Source of the DNA: Bacteroidia bacterium
Lineage (GTDB): Bacteria; Bacteroidota; Bacteroidia; M30B66
Direction: 5' to 3'
Assembly (NCBI GenBank): GCA_965279035.1
Contig: OZ257142.1
Coordinates: forward strand, 832,001-896,000
Length of the DNA stretch: 64,000 nucleotides
The position numbers and the translations under genes are program-made. The notes beneath the pieces were generated by a model. That model did no database searches. It worked only from the letters and a program-made list of their open reading frames with translations, and was not told the DNA's origin. Numbering within the stretch: the stretch's first letter is position 1; every line of letters starts with the position of its first letter. This document shows positions 53,204 to 62,800 of the stretch, in pieces.

Positions 53204-53617
53204 TTATTTCTTTTTGCCTTTACCTGCAGCTGCAGCTGGTTGTCCTGGTTTTGGACGTTTCGTTCCATATTTAGAACGACGTTGATTACGACCTTCTACT
53301 CCAGATGTATCTAATGCACCACGTACAATGTGGTAACGTACCCCTGGTAGATCTTTTACACGACCACCACGTATTAATACAATACTGTGTTCTTGTAAGT
53401 TGTGACCTTCTCCTGGAATGTATGCGTTAACTTCTTTCGTATTCGTTAATCGAACACGAGCTACTTTACGCATTGCTGAGTTAGGTTTCTTTGGTGTTGT
53501 TGTGTATACGCGTGTACACACTCCACGACGCTGAGGACATGAATCCAAAGCTGGACTCTTACTCTTAGTTGCGTTGGGCGTGCGGCCCTTACGTACAAGC
53601 TGCTGGATAGTAGGCAT
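53204..53617 (-). CDS. rpsL: 30S ribosomal protein S12
   Basis: [16 protein letters not shown] and [12 protein letters not shown]. Confidence 0.99.
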   Translation of the reverse strand: MPTIQQLVRKGRTPNATKSKSPALDSCPQRRGVCTRVYTTTPKKPNSAMRKVARVRLTNTKEVNAYIPGEGHNLQEHSIVLIRGGRVKDLPGVRYHIVRGALDTSGVEGRNQRRSKYGTKRPKPGQPAAAAGKGKKK

Positions 53618-53685
53618 GCTTTTAGGCGTTGATTGTATGGATGTTAGAGACTCTTTTTAGCTAATTCGCCCAATTTTTGGGAGCG

Positions 53686-53731
53686 CAAAGATAGGAAGTA
53701 CTTTCAAATTCACAACTAGGTGAGTAAAAAA
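53686..53731 (-). promoter_or_regulatory. Sigma-A promoter of the str/S10 operon
   Basis: TTTTTTACTC (53722-53731), TTG (53713-53715), a 19-nt spacer, and TATCTTTG (53686-53693). Confidence 0.88.
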
Positions 53732-53885
53732 TAATTCCACAGAATGATGCTTTTCTTTTGAACAGTCTTTTTTGAAGCCATTTATTTAGCTCAATTTGAC
53801 CTTTGCAAAGCGCTACTTTCCTTTTATACATTCCTTTCTATTCATTTTTGATGAAGTAGATTTTTTTTCAATTTATTTTTCATTT

Positions 53886-53964
53886 GGGGGCGCCTTCGGC
53901 CAGGTGCTCGCCTGTACGCTTCGCCCAAATTGGGCTGCAGGGTACTTGTCTCGCCCCTTCGCCC
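53886..53964 (-). ncRNA. GC-rich multi-hairpin element (Flavo-1-like structured RNA/ssDNA or REP-like repeat)
   Basis: A 79-nt GC-rich island in AT-rich intergenic DNA. It has a GGGGCG/CGCCCC closing stem, GCC-GAA-GGC, CAGG..CCTG, GTAC..GTAC and GCCCA-N3-TGGGC hairpins. Family and strand are uncertain. Confidence 0.5.
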
Positions 53965-54028
53965 GTCTTATTCTTCCTATTTAACATCATCGTGAATAAA
54001 TTACTACATTCTTCGTTTCTGCATTCCC

Positions 54029-54036
54029 TAACTTTG
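54029..54036 (+). promoter_or_regulatory. Sigma-A -7 element TAACTTTG, 4 nt before the pcrA ATG (leaderless-type)
   Basis: TAACTTTG-cccc-ATG. Confidence 0.7.
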
Positions 54037-54040
54037 CCCC

Positions 54041-56395
54041 ATGCAGAATGATTATTTAAATGAGCTAAATCCAATCCAGCGACAGGCTGTTGAAAATACC
54101 GAAGGGCCTGTTATGATTATTGCCGGTGCTGGTTCTGGAAAAACGCGTGTACTTACATATCGAATAGCACACCTTCTTAGTAAAGGTGTTGATGCATTTA
54201 ACATTTTATCACTCACGTTCACGAATAAAGCTGCTCGTGAAATGAAAGAACGCATCCATAAAATAGTGAAGAATACCGAGTCTGCTAATCTTTGGATGGG
54301 AACTTTTCACTCCGTGTTTGCTCGTATCCTTCGATTCGAAGCCGAAAAACTTGGTTATCCTTCCAATTTTACAATCTATGATACAGATGATTCCAAAAGC
54401 CTTATCAAAACGATTCTAGGTGAAATGCAATTAGATGATAAAATCTATAAGCCATCTCTCGTCTTAAATCGAATTTCCAATGCAAAAAATAACCTGATTT
54501 CTTCCGCGCAATACCTTAATCAACCTGAAGTCATTGAAGAAGACCGTCAAAGCGGAAAGCCAAAATTAGGTTTGGTTTATGAAGCGTACGAAAAACGTTG
54601 TTTTAAAGCATCAGCAATGGATTTTGATGATTTGCTCTTTAAAACCAATGTGCTTTTAAAACAATATCCCGATGTACTATATAAGTATCAACAGAAATTC
54701 AAGTACATTTTAGTTGACGAGTACCAGGATACCAATTTCAGTCAGTATTTAATAGTAAAAAAACTGGCTGCCATGTTTCAGAATATTTGCGTTGTAGGCG
54801 ATGATGCACAAAGTATTTATGCTTTCCGCGGAGCGAATATTCAAAACATCCTCAATTTCGAAAAAGACTATCCTGATCTCAAAGTTTATAAACTCGAACA
54901 AAACTATCGCTCAACTAAAACAATTGTTCAGGCCGCCAATAGTGTCATTCGCAACAATAAAGACCAGCTGAAAAAAGTAGTCTGGACCGACAATAAAGAC
55001 GGAGAATTAATTCGATTATTAAAAGCAAGTACAGATAATGAAGAAGGTTCAATGGTGGCAAACGGCATTTTCGATCTTCGAATGAATTATCAATTACCTA
55101 ACAGTGATATTGCCATTTTGTATCGAACAAACGCACAAAGCCGTTCGATGGAAGAAGCACTCCGTAAACGTGGTATTCCTTATCGTATATATGGTGGCCT
55201 TTCGTTTTACAAGAGAAAGGAAATTAAAGATCTACTAGCTTATTGCCGATTAACCATCAATCCGAAAGACGAAGAAGCATTAAAGCGGGTGATTAATTAT
55301 CCAGCTCGAGGAATTGGAAAAACCTCCCTCGAAAAAATTATCGTTTCTGCTGATCAACATAATAAAAGTATCTGGGAAATTATTGAAGGAATGGCATTGT
55401 ATCGTCCTATAAGCGGGGCTTCTGCTCAAAAGGTGATCGACTTTGTTACGATGATTAAAAGCTTTCAACATGGACTTAAAAGCACAAATGCATACGATTT
55501 AGCAATGCATATTGCACGTTCATCTGGTCTGCTAAAAGAATTAGGCAGTGATAAAACTCCCGAAGGCATTAGTAAACATGAAAATGTAATGGAGTTACTT
55601 AATGGGATTCAAGAATTTGTTGATACTCCTCCCGAAAGTGATGATGAAGTGGCTGAAAGAACCTTAGATGTTTTCATGCAAGACATTGCTTTGCTAACAG
55701 ACGCAGATGAAAACGAAAAAGATGATCCCAATCGTGTTTCCATGATGACAATTCACGCAGCCAAGGGATTGGAATTTCCTGCTGTATTTGTTGTTGGATT
55801 AGAAGAAAATTTATTCCCTTCTCAATTATCATTAAACAGCAGGGAAGAATTGGAAGAAGAGCGTCGATTATTTTATGTTGCAATTACTCGTGCTGAGAAA
55901 CATTTAACATTATCAAGTGCTACAACCCGCTATCGTTGGGGACAAATAACGCATTCGGAGCCGAGTCGATTTTTAGAAGAAATAGATGCATCCTTATTGG
56001 ATATGCCAGTTGCTTCAGAGCCCAAAGGTTTTCTTGATTTTAGTTCGGAACGGTCAAGTTTCGGTGGATTTACTCCCAAAGGAACAGCCAATGCATTCAA
56101 ATCAAAAACTTCCAAAGAACCTGATTTGCCTTTGCTTCAACCTAAAAAAGGCTTTACACCTTTGAAAAAAGTACTGGACAAACCCATTTCAAATCAAGAA
56201 TCAACCTCATTATTTATAGCTGATGATGTTAGTAAACTTCAATCTGGTATGGAGGTTATACACGAGCGATTTGGGCCTGGAAAAGTTCTAAACGTTGATG
56301 GTAGACCAGGAGAACAGAAAGCAACCATCTTTTTCAAAGAAGTAGGACAAAAACAATTATTGCTTAAGTTTGCACGACTAAAGATAATTAGCTGA
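54041..56395 (+). CDS. pcrA: ATP-dependent DNA helicase PcrA/UvrD
   Basis: AGAGSGKT, TFTNKAA, VDEYQD, VGDDAQSIY.FRGA, TIHAAKGLEF and EERRLFYVAITRA, with a C-terminal Tudor-like domain. Confidence 0.96.
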   Translation: MQNDYLNELNPIQRQAVENTEGPVMIIAGAGSGKTRVLTYRIAHLLSKGVDAFNILSLTFTNKAAREMKERIHKIVKNTESANLWMGTFHSVFARILRFEAEKLGYPSNFTIYDTDDSKSLIKTILGEMQLDDKIYKPSLVLNRISNAKNNLISSAQYLNQPEVIEEDRQSGKPKLGLVYEAYEKRCFKASAMDFDDLLFKTNVLLKQYPDVLYKYQQKFKYILVDEYQDTNFSQYLIVKKLAAMFQNICVVGDDAQSIYAFRGANIQNILNFEKDYPDLKVYKLEQNYRSTKTIVQAANSVIRNNKDQLKKVVWTDNKDGELIRLLKASTDNEEGSMVANGIFDLRMNYQLPNSDIAILYRTNAQSRSMEEALRKRGIPYRIYGGLSFYKRKEIKDLLAYCRLTINPKDEEALKRVINYPARGIGKTSLEKIIVSADQHNKSIWEIIEGMALYRPISGASAQKVIDFVTMIKSFQHGLKSTNAYDLAMHIARSSGLLKELGSDKTPEGISKHENVMELLNGIQEFVDTPPESDDEVAERTLDVFMQDIALLTDADENEKDDPNRVSMMTIHAAKGLEFPAVFVVGLEENLFPSQLSLNSREELEEERRLFYVAITRAEKHLTLSSATTRYRWGQITHSEPSRFLEEIDASLLDMPVASEPKGFLDFSSERSSFGGFTPKGTANAFKSKTSKEPDLPLLQPKKGFTPLKKVLDKPISNQESTSLFIADDVSKLQSGMEVIHERFGPGKVLNVDGRPGEQKATIFFKEVGQKQLLLKFARLKIIS

Positions 56396-56488
56396 TACCG
56401 AAACCCTTTATTGATTGGTGTTTCAAAGGAATTCAACTGGAAAATTCGATTGTTTCCTATTGATTTCATTTCCCAAAGATTAAACTAC

Positions 56489-57136
56489 ATGGAATACAAT
56501 TCCCAAAGACCACACCTCATAATTTCTGAGTATGGTCGCCACATTCAACGAATGATTGATCATGCTTGTGAAATTTCTGAACGCGAGGAACGAAATACAA
56601 TGGCTCGATATATCATTTCTGTAATGGGGCAACTCAATCCTCATTTGCGCGATGTAAGTGATTTTAAACATAAGCTATGGGATCATTTATTTATCATGTC
56701 CGATTTTCGTTTGGATGTTGATTCTCCTTATCCTATTCCTTCAAGAGAAAGTTTTCAAACCAAGCCCGATCGGATTCCATATCCCAATGCAAAAATTCGT
56801 TTTCGTCATTATGGGAAAATAATTGAAAAGGTCATTGAAGAAGCTAAATCGGTTGAAGAAGGACCTGTTCGGGAAGCTTTAATTGGAGCCATAGCATACA
56901 ATTTAAAAAAATCATACCTCACTTGGAACCGAGATTCTGTGCAGGATGAGCAGATTTTTAAAGATTTATTTGACCTTTCTGGTGGATTATTAAAACCAGC
57001 AGAGGGAAGTAAAATGACAGTTGTAGTTGAAGGACTTCCACAGAATTATCCACAACAACAAGGTAAGAAGTTTAATCGCGGTCGTCAAAAACAGAAAAAC
57101 TTCAAACGTAAATTCGGCGGCGGAACCAGTTTCTGA
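56489..57136 (+). CDS. DUF4290 domain protein (Bacteroidota-conserved, upstream of murA)
   Basis: MEYNSQRPHLIISEYGRHIQ and HKLWDHLFIMSDF.LDVDSPYP. ATG at 56489. Confidence 0.85.
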   Translation: MEYNSQRPHLIISEYGRHIQRMIDHACEISEREERNTMARYIISVMGQLNPHLRDVSDFKHKLWDHLFIMSDFRLDVDSPYPIPSRESFQTKPDRIPYPNAKIRFRHYGKIIEKVIEEAKSVEEGPVREALIGAIAYNLKKSYLTWNRDSVQDEQIFKDLFDLSGGLLKPAEGSKMTVVVEGLPQNYPQQQGKKFNRGRQKQKNFKRKFGGGTSF

Positions 57137-57142
57137 CCTAGT

Positions 57143-58447
57143 ATGAATCGATTTGAAATAATAGGAGGCAAACGCCTTCATGGAGAAATAATCCCTCAAG
57201 GTGCAAAGAATGAAGCCTTACAGATTTTATGCGCTGTATTGCTTACTTCGGAACGTTGCATCATTCACAATGTACCCGACATTGTTGATGTAAATAAACT
57301 GATTGAGCTCCTTGAAGCTTTAGGAGTTAAAGTTGAAAAACTTGGAAATGGTTCTTGGGCATTTACAGCAAACAATGTAGATGTCGATTTCATGGTCTCT
57401 GAGGAGTTCAAGAAGAAAGGTTCTGCTTTGCGCGGTTCCGTTATGATTGTAGGACCATTATTAGCTCGTTTTGGTAGAGGATATATTCCCAAACCGGGTG
57501 GTGATAAAATAGGTCGCCGTAGAATGGATACCCATTTTATTGGTTTTCAGAATCTTGGTGCTAGTTTCGATTTTGATGGTGTTGATAGCTTTTATAAGGT
57601 AGAAGCGAAAGAGTTGAAAGGAGCATTCATGCTTTTGGATGAAGCATCCGTTACCGGAACTGCTAATATCTTGATGGCTGCAACTTTAGCCAAAGGGAGA
57701 ACCACCATTTTCAATGCAGCTTGCGAACCCTACATTCAGCAGTTGTGCAAAATGCTGAATAGCATGGGTGCAAAAATTACTGGTGTTGGTTCTAATTTAC
57801 TTACGATAGATGGAGTTTCCGAATTAGGTGGATGTGAGCATCGTATGCTTCCCGATATGATTGAAATTGGTTCATTCATCGGTTTAGCAGCAATGACTCA
57901 GAGTCATATCCGAATTAAAGACACTGGATACGATCACCTTGGAATGATTCCAGATGTTTTTAAACGATTAGGAATTGAATTGTATCGCGATGGAGATGAT
58001 ATAGTTATTCCAGAACAGGAAAGCTATACAATCAATAAATACATCGATGGTTCCATATTAACCGTTTCCGATTCTCCTTGGCCAGGATTCACCCCCGATT
58101 TATTAAGTATTGTTTTGGTAGTTGCAACACAAGCAAATGGTAGTGTTTTGATTCACCAAAAAATGTTCGAGAGTCGCTTGTTTTTTGTCGATAAACTCAT
58201 TGACATGGGTGCCCAAATTATTCTCTGCGATCCACATCGGGCTACGATCATTGGTCTCAACAGAAAATATAAATTGCGAGGAATCCGAATGACTTCTCCT
58301 GATATACGTGCCGGAGTTTCCTTACTTATCGCGGCTTTGTCGGCAGATGGAACAAGCGTCATCGACAATATCGAACAAATTGATCGTGGATATCAAAATA
58401 TCGATACACGTTTGCAAGCTCTAGGTGCTCAAATAAAACGATTCTAA
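57143..58447 (+). CDS. murA: UDP-N-acetylglucosamine 1-carboxyvinyltransferase
   Basis: GAKN, PGGDKIGRR, SVTGT.N, PWPGFTPD, DIRAG and IDRGY. Confidence 0.97.
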   Translation: MNRFEIIGGKRLHGEIIPQGAKNEALQILCAVLLTSERCIIHNVPDIVDVNKLIELLEALGVKVEKLGNGSWAFTANNVDVDFMVSEEFKKKGSALRGSVMIVGPLLARFGRGYIPKPGGDKIGRRRMDTHFIGFQNLGASFDFDGVDSFYKVEAKELKGAFMLLDEASVTGTANILMAATLAKGRTTIFNAACEPYIQQLCKMLNSMGAKITGVGSNLLTIDGVSELGGCEHRMLPDMIEIGSFIGLAAMTQSHIRIKDTGYDHLGMIPDVFKRLGIELYRDGDDIVIPEQESYTINKYIDGSILTVSDSPWPGFTPDLLSIVLVVATQANGSVLIHQKMFESRLFFVDKLIDMGAQIILCDPHRATIIGLNRKYKLRGIRMTSPDIRAGVSLLIAALSADGTSVIDNIEQIDRGYQNIDTRLQALGAQIKRF

Positions 58448-58462
58448 TTTTCGCTTTTTAGA

Positions 58463-60232
58463 ATGATCAACAGACTTTTTCATATTTCTACATCAAGTCT
58501 GTTGATCATTTTTCTTTTTATAGCACAGTGGCAAATTGTATTTGTTCGATTAGATAATGACCGAATAAAAAATGTAATTGGTTCTGATGGTACCGGTTAT
58601 TATGAGTATTTACCCAAAACATTTATTAAGAAGGATTATCCATACGCTCTTTTTGAGAGTGAAAATAACAAGCAAGCGATTAAGCCAGAACAACTAAAAT
58701 CCATTACTGGAGGTCCTGTAGATAAATATTTCTTTGGCGAAGCTTTCGCCGTCTTACCTTTTTTTCTTGCTGCTGATTTTTTCACTCAAGCGCTTCGTCC
58801 TGATATGCGAGACGGATATTCGTCTTACTATCAAATTGCTATATCATTAGCTGCATTAACGTATTTATTTCTAGGCTTGTGGATGATGCATCGCATGCTT
58901 AGAAGAATGAATTATGCTCAAGAAATAATCAACCTCATACTTGTCCTAATTTTTCTTGGAACAAACTTGTATTACTACGCGCTTCAAGAGCCAAGTATGT
59001 CGCATGTTTATTCATTTGCTTTTGTTTCCATTTTTCTTGATCAACTGCATTTGCAAATCCAAAATCCTAAAAATTCTCGTTGGATTTTACTTGCATTTTT
59101 TCTTTCAATTATAGTTTTCATCAGACCTGTAAATGCGCTATTGGTATTAGCTATTTTTCCATTGGCAGGCTCATTTACTGTTATTCGCAAACTAGGATTT
59201 CATTTAATAAACAAGCCAATTTATTTACTGATTTCCCTTTTTATTCCCATTTTATTCATCGGTATCCAAAGTGCATTTTATTATGTTCAATCGGGCATGT
59301 GGTGGATTGATAGTTATGGTGATGAAGGATTCAACTTTACAAAACCAGAAATAATCAATGTATTATTCAGTTTCCGTAAGGGGCTCTTTGTATACACACC
59401 ACTCATGCTCCTTATTTTTCCTGGATTATGGATTTACAAACAGCGTGAAGGCGTTTTTAGTTTCTTTTCTTGGATTGTTGTTTGGGGAATATTGATTTAT
59501 GCGATTTCTAGCTGGTGGTATTGGGCGTATGGCGGAAGTTTCGGAATGAGACCAATCATTGATCTTTATCCATTAATGGTTTTGCCAATAGCAGCTCTAG
59601 CTGAAAGAGTGTATAGGAGCTATTTAAAATTCCGATTCTTTTTAATTCTTATCGCATTTGGATTATTTCTCAATTTGCTTCAAACATGGCAATATGTTCA
59701 AGCGATAATGCCATATGAAGGAATGAATCGAGCTCGATACGCTCATATTTTCTTAGAAACCCAAAGGCATTTCCGTTTTATTTATCCAGCCGAAACAACT
59801 GGTGAGCCTTTCAATCAGTATAGTTCAGAAATTGTTTTTTCAAAAAAAGCGATTGGTAATGATGTGGTTTGTGTTGGAGACCAGTCAGGGAAAAACAAAG
59901 TGATCGATTTTATAGCAAATCCTTTTAAAGAAATACTGAGAGATAGCATTTTACCTCGATGTTGGCTAGAAATCGAAGGTCAATTCAAGATGGAAGATGC
60001 TTCTTCCGATGCTTCATTTATAACTTCCATTCAAAATGAGGAATGTTGGTATTGGAATCGAACGTATTTAATTCAATTCATTGATATAAGCTCGGAGTGG
60101 AAGGAGATTCATGTAAAGATTGATTTACCTGATCTTCACAATCCAAACGATAAATTTACCGTTTCACTTTTGAATGAAGGAAAATCTCAAGTGGAAGCGC
60201 GTCAGGTTCAAATAAAGTTATTGCGCAAATAG
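58463..60232 (+). CDS. Multi-pass membrane protein, probable GT-C glycosyltransferase with C-terminal soluble domain
   Basis: First-loop SDGTGYY, EPSMSH, IRPVN, KGLFVYTP, and a W-rich WWYWAYGGSFGMRP. About 10-12 TMs. Confidence 0.65.
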   Translation: MINRLFHISTSSLLIIFLFIAQWQIVFVRLDNDRIKNVIGSDGTGYYEYLPKTFIKKDYPYALFESENNKQAIKPEQLKSITGGPVDKYFFGEAFAVLPFFLAADFFTQALRPDMRDGYSSYYQIAISLAALTYLFLGLWMMHRMLRRMNYAQEIINLILVLIFLGTNLYYYALQEPSMSHVYSFAFVSIFLDQLHLQIQNPKNSRWILLAFFLSIIVFIRPVNALLVLAIFPLAGSFTVIRKLGFHLINKPIYLLISLFIPILFIGIQSAFYYVQSGMWWIDSYGDEGFNFTKPEIINVLFSFRKGLFVYTPLMLLIFPGLWIYKQREGVFSFFSWIVVWGILIYAISSWWYWAYGGSFGMRPIIDLYPLMVLPIAALAERVYRSYLKFRFFLILIAFGLFLNLLQTWQYVQAIMPYEGMNRARYAHIFLETQRHFRFIYPAETTGEPFNQYSSEIVFSKKAIGNDVVCVGDQSGKNKVIDFIANPFKEILRDSILPRCWLEIEGQFKMEDASSDASFITSIQNEECWYWNRTYLIQFIDISSEWKEIHVKIDLPDLHNPNDKFTVSLLNEGKSQVEARQVQIKLLRK

Positions 60233-60282
60233 CTTCATTTTTAGTGGTATCATTTTTGACAATTTTTTATAAATTTGACCTT

Positions 60283-60837
60283 ATGAAAAGACTGAATTTA
60301 TTTCTATTAGTTGCTGCTGTGGCACTTGTACTTGGCGGTACATTTTTAAACGGAAGCAATACAAAATCTCCCAATCTTGTTCCACCAGTTGGAGTACAAA
60401 TTGGAAATCTAGCTCCAGAACTTGCTTTTAACAGTCCTGATGGAAAGGAAATTAAATTATCATCACTCCGTGGAAGAGTAGTTTTGATTGATTTTTGGGC
60501 ATCTTGGTGTGGTCCATGCCGGATGGAAAATCCCAATGTTGTGAGGGCTTACCAGAAGTATTCAAAAATGAAATTCAAAGACGCAAAAGGCTTTACTATT
60601 TACAATGTTTCTTTGGATATGAAAAAAGATGCATGGGTAAATGCAATTAAAAAAGACGGATTAGAATGGGAATATCACGTGAGCGATTTAGGTGGATGGG
60701 GCTCAAAAGCTGCAGCACTTTATGGTGTAAATAGCATTCCTGCTAATTATTTGATCGATGCAAAAGGTGTGATCATTGCAAAGAATCTTCGAGGCGCTGC
60801 TTTAGAAGCTGAGCTAGATAAACTCGTTAAGAATTAA
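60283..60837 (+). CDS. TlpA/ResA-like periplasmic thiol-disulfide oxidoreductase
   Basis: Signal/anchor segment, DFWASWCGPCR.ENP and IP..YLID..G.I. ATG at 60283, 5 nt after TAAATTTG. Confidence 0.92.
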   Translation: MKRLNLFLLVAAVALVLGGTFLNGSNTKSPNLVPPVGVQIGNLAPELAFNSPDGKEIKLSSLRGRVVLIDFWASWCGPCRMENPNVVRAYQKYSKMKFKDAKGFTIYNVSLDMKKDAWVNAIKKDGLEWEYHVSDLGGWGSKAAALYGVNSIPANYLIDAKGVIIAKNLRGAALEAELDKLVKN

Positions 60838-60857
60838 TTCCTACAAAATCTTCTTCC

Positions 60858-60887
60858 AAACCCTGACAATTTAGTCGGGGTTTTTTT
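60858..60887 (+). terminator. Intrinsic terminator after the tlpA-like gene
   Basis: AAACCCUGAC-AAUUUA-GUCGGGGUUU followed by a U-run. Confidence 0.85.
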
Positions 60888-60900
60888 ATGTTTTTAATTG

Positions 60901-60954
60901 ATTTGACAATGTTCTGTCAAATTGTCTAACCCTTGCTACTGGCACCATCGTTGT
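60901..60954 (+). promoter_or_regulatory. Inverted repeat ATTTGACA-N6-TGTCAAAT plus sigma54-like -24/-12 promoter upstream of grpE
   Basis: Perfect 8-bp inverted repeat at 60901-60922. TGGCAC-CATCG-TTGT at 60940-60954 (GG-N10-GT; the consensus is GG-N10-GC). Confidence 0.6.
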
Positions 60955-60976
60955 CAATCAGGCGCGAATTTGAATT

Positions 60977-61609
60977 ATGCGTAATCGCATTCGTAATTTC
61001 TTTACTACTATGAATCAGCCAGGAACATCCCCTGCAAACGAAAGTGAATTGAATCCATCGGACTCAAGCAATGAATCGGTAAATACAGAAGAACAAGTTG
61101 TTGCCGAAACAGAAGTGCAAAGTGAAGAACCCGCTTCTCCTGAACAAATGCAAGAGGCATTGAAAGGTGAAAATTGGGAATCGAAATACAACGAAATGAA
61201 TGATCGGTACTTGAGGCTTTATTCAGAGTTTGATAATTACCGAAAACGTAGTGCACGCGAACGAGTTGAATTGGTTAAAACTGCAGGCGCTGACATTTTT
61301 ACTGCCATTCTGCCTGTTTTAGACGATTTTGATCGTGCCGCAAAGGCGATGGAAAATGCAGATGATATTTCGGTTATTCGTGATGGAATGCAATTAATTC
61401 ATTCGAAATTTCGAAATATTCTTGTATCAAAAGGACTAGAAGAAATGCCTTCTACAGGATTAGTTTTCGATGCTGATATTCATGAGGCGATCACCTTAAT
61501 TCCCGCACCTGAAGAAGGTTTGAAAGGAAAAGTAATTGATGAATTGGAAAAAGGATATTCACTCCATGGAAAAGTGATTCGCTTTGCAAAAGTGATTGTT
61601 GGAAGTTAA
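60977..61609 (+). CDS. grpE: Nucleotide exchange factor GrpE
   Basis: [25 protein letters not shown]...HEA and KGY....VIR.AKV. Alternative start at 61010. Confidence 0.96.
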   Translation: MRNRIRNFFTTMNQPGTSPANESELNPSDSSNESVNTEEQVVAETEVQSEEPASPEQMQEALKGENWESKYNEMNDRYLRLYSEFDNYRKRSARERVELVKTAGADIFTAILPVLDDFDRAAKAMENADDISVIRDGMQLIHSKFRNILVSKGLEEMPSTGLVFDADIHEAITLIPAPEEGLKGKVIDELEKGYSLHGKVIRFAKVIVGS

Positions 61610-61619
61610 AAGTAACAGA

Positions 61620-62780
61620 ATGGCTAAAAGAGATTATTACGATATCCTTGGAATAGGGAAGAGTGCCGATGAGGCTGAAATAAAGAAAGCCTATCGGAAA
61701 ATGGCTGTTAAATACCATCCGGATAAAAATCCAGGTGATAAAGAATCAGAAGAAAAATTTAAAGAAGCTGCAGAAGCCTATGATGTTTTAAGCAATGCCG
61801 ATAAACGTGCCCGTTATGATCGTTTTGGTCATCAAGGTGCAGCAAGTTCAGCTTCAGGCGGATATGGGCAAGGTGGAATGAACATGGAAGATATCTTCAG
61901 TCAGTTTGGAGATATCTTCGGACAAGCTGGATTTGGTGGTGGTTTTAGTGGCGGTTTTGGAGGCGGACAACAACAAGGTCGGCGCGTAAATAAAGGCACC
62001 AATCTTCGTATTAAAGTCAAACTCACCCTTGAAGAAATTGCAACGGGCGTAGAAAAGAAAATCAAAGTCAATAAGTTTATCCCTTGCAAAACCTGTTCTG
62101 GAACAGGCGCTGATAAAGGCTCTTCGTTTAATACTTGCGGAACATGTAAGGGAGCAGGACGTGTAACTCGTATTACCAATACCATTTTGGGACAAATGCA
62201 AACCGCATCTACTTGTCCTACCTGCGATGGTGAGGGTAGAATTATAGCAAGTAAATGCAAAAGTTGTTCTGGTGATGGAATCGTAAGAGACGAGGAAGTT
62301 ATTAGTATTAATATTCCTGCAGGAGTTGGCGAAGGAATGCAATTGAATGTTGCTGGAAGAGGAAATGCGGCACCGCGAGGTGGAATTGCTGGAGATCTTT
62401 TAGTGAGTATTGAAGAAATAGAGCATGCTGAATTAAAGCGTGATGGAAATAATCTCTATCACGATTGTTATATCAGTTTTGCAGACGCTGCTCTTGGAAC
62501 TTCCATTGAAATCCCAACACTAGACGGAAAAGCAAAATTTAAAATTGATCCTGGAACTCAAAGTGGAAAAGTCTATCGCTTACGTGGAAAAGGACTTCCA
62601 GAAGTAAATAGCTACGAACGAGGAGATTTATTAGTAGATGTCAACGTTTGGACGCCACAACAACTCAGTGCAGAAGAACGCCAAATACTTGAAAACCTCC
62701 GATCGGCGGCTAATTTTGCTCCTCAACCTGGGAAAAAAGAGAAATCCTTCTTCGATCGTATGAAGGAATACTTTCATTAA
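61620..62780 (+). CDS. dnaJ: Chaperone DnaJ
   Basis: J-domain HPD, G/F-rich region, and four CxxCxGxG repeats. Start MAKRDYY. Confidence 0.98.
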   Translation: MAKRDYYDILGIGKSADEAEIKKAYRKMAVKYHPDKNPGDKESEEKFKEAAEAYDVLSNADKRARYDRFGHQGAASSASGGYGQGGMNMEDIFSQFGDIFGQAGFGGGFSGGFGGGQQQGRRVNKGTNLRIKVKLTLEEIATGVEKKIKVNKFIPCKTCSGTGADKGSSFNTCGTCKGAGRVTRITNTILGQMQTASTCPTCDGEGRIIASKCKSCSGDGIVRDEEVISINIPAGVGEGMQLNVAGRGNAAPRGGIAGDLLVSIEEIEHAELKRDGNNLYHDCYISFADAALGTSIEIPTLDGKAKFKIDPGTQSGKVYRLRGKGLPEVNSYERGDLLVDVNVWTPQQLSAEERQILENLRSAANFAPQPGKKEKSFFDRMKEYFH

Positions 62781-62800
62781 GCTTTTCAATTAATATATTT

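Noticed and set aside
53796-54074. ORFs 53796-53984 (+) and 53880-54074 (-)
   Set aside because: They cross the GC-rich structured element and promoters, and are better explained as non-coding DNA.
61854-62342. 162-aa and 119-aa minus-strand ORFs within dnaJ
   Set aside because: They are antisense to the Gly-rich and Zn-finger region of dnaJ, which lacks stop codons by composition.
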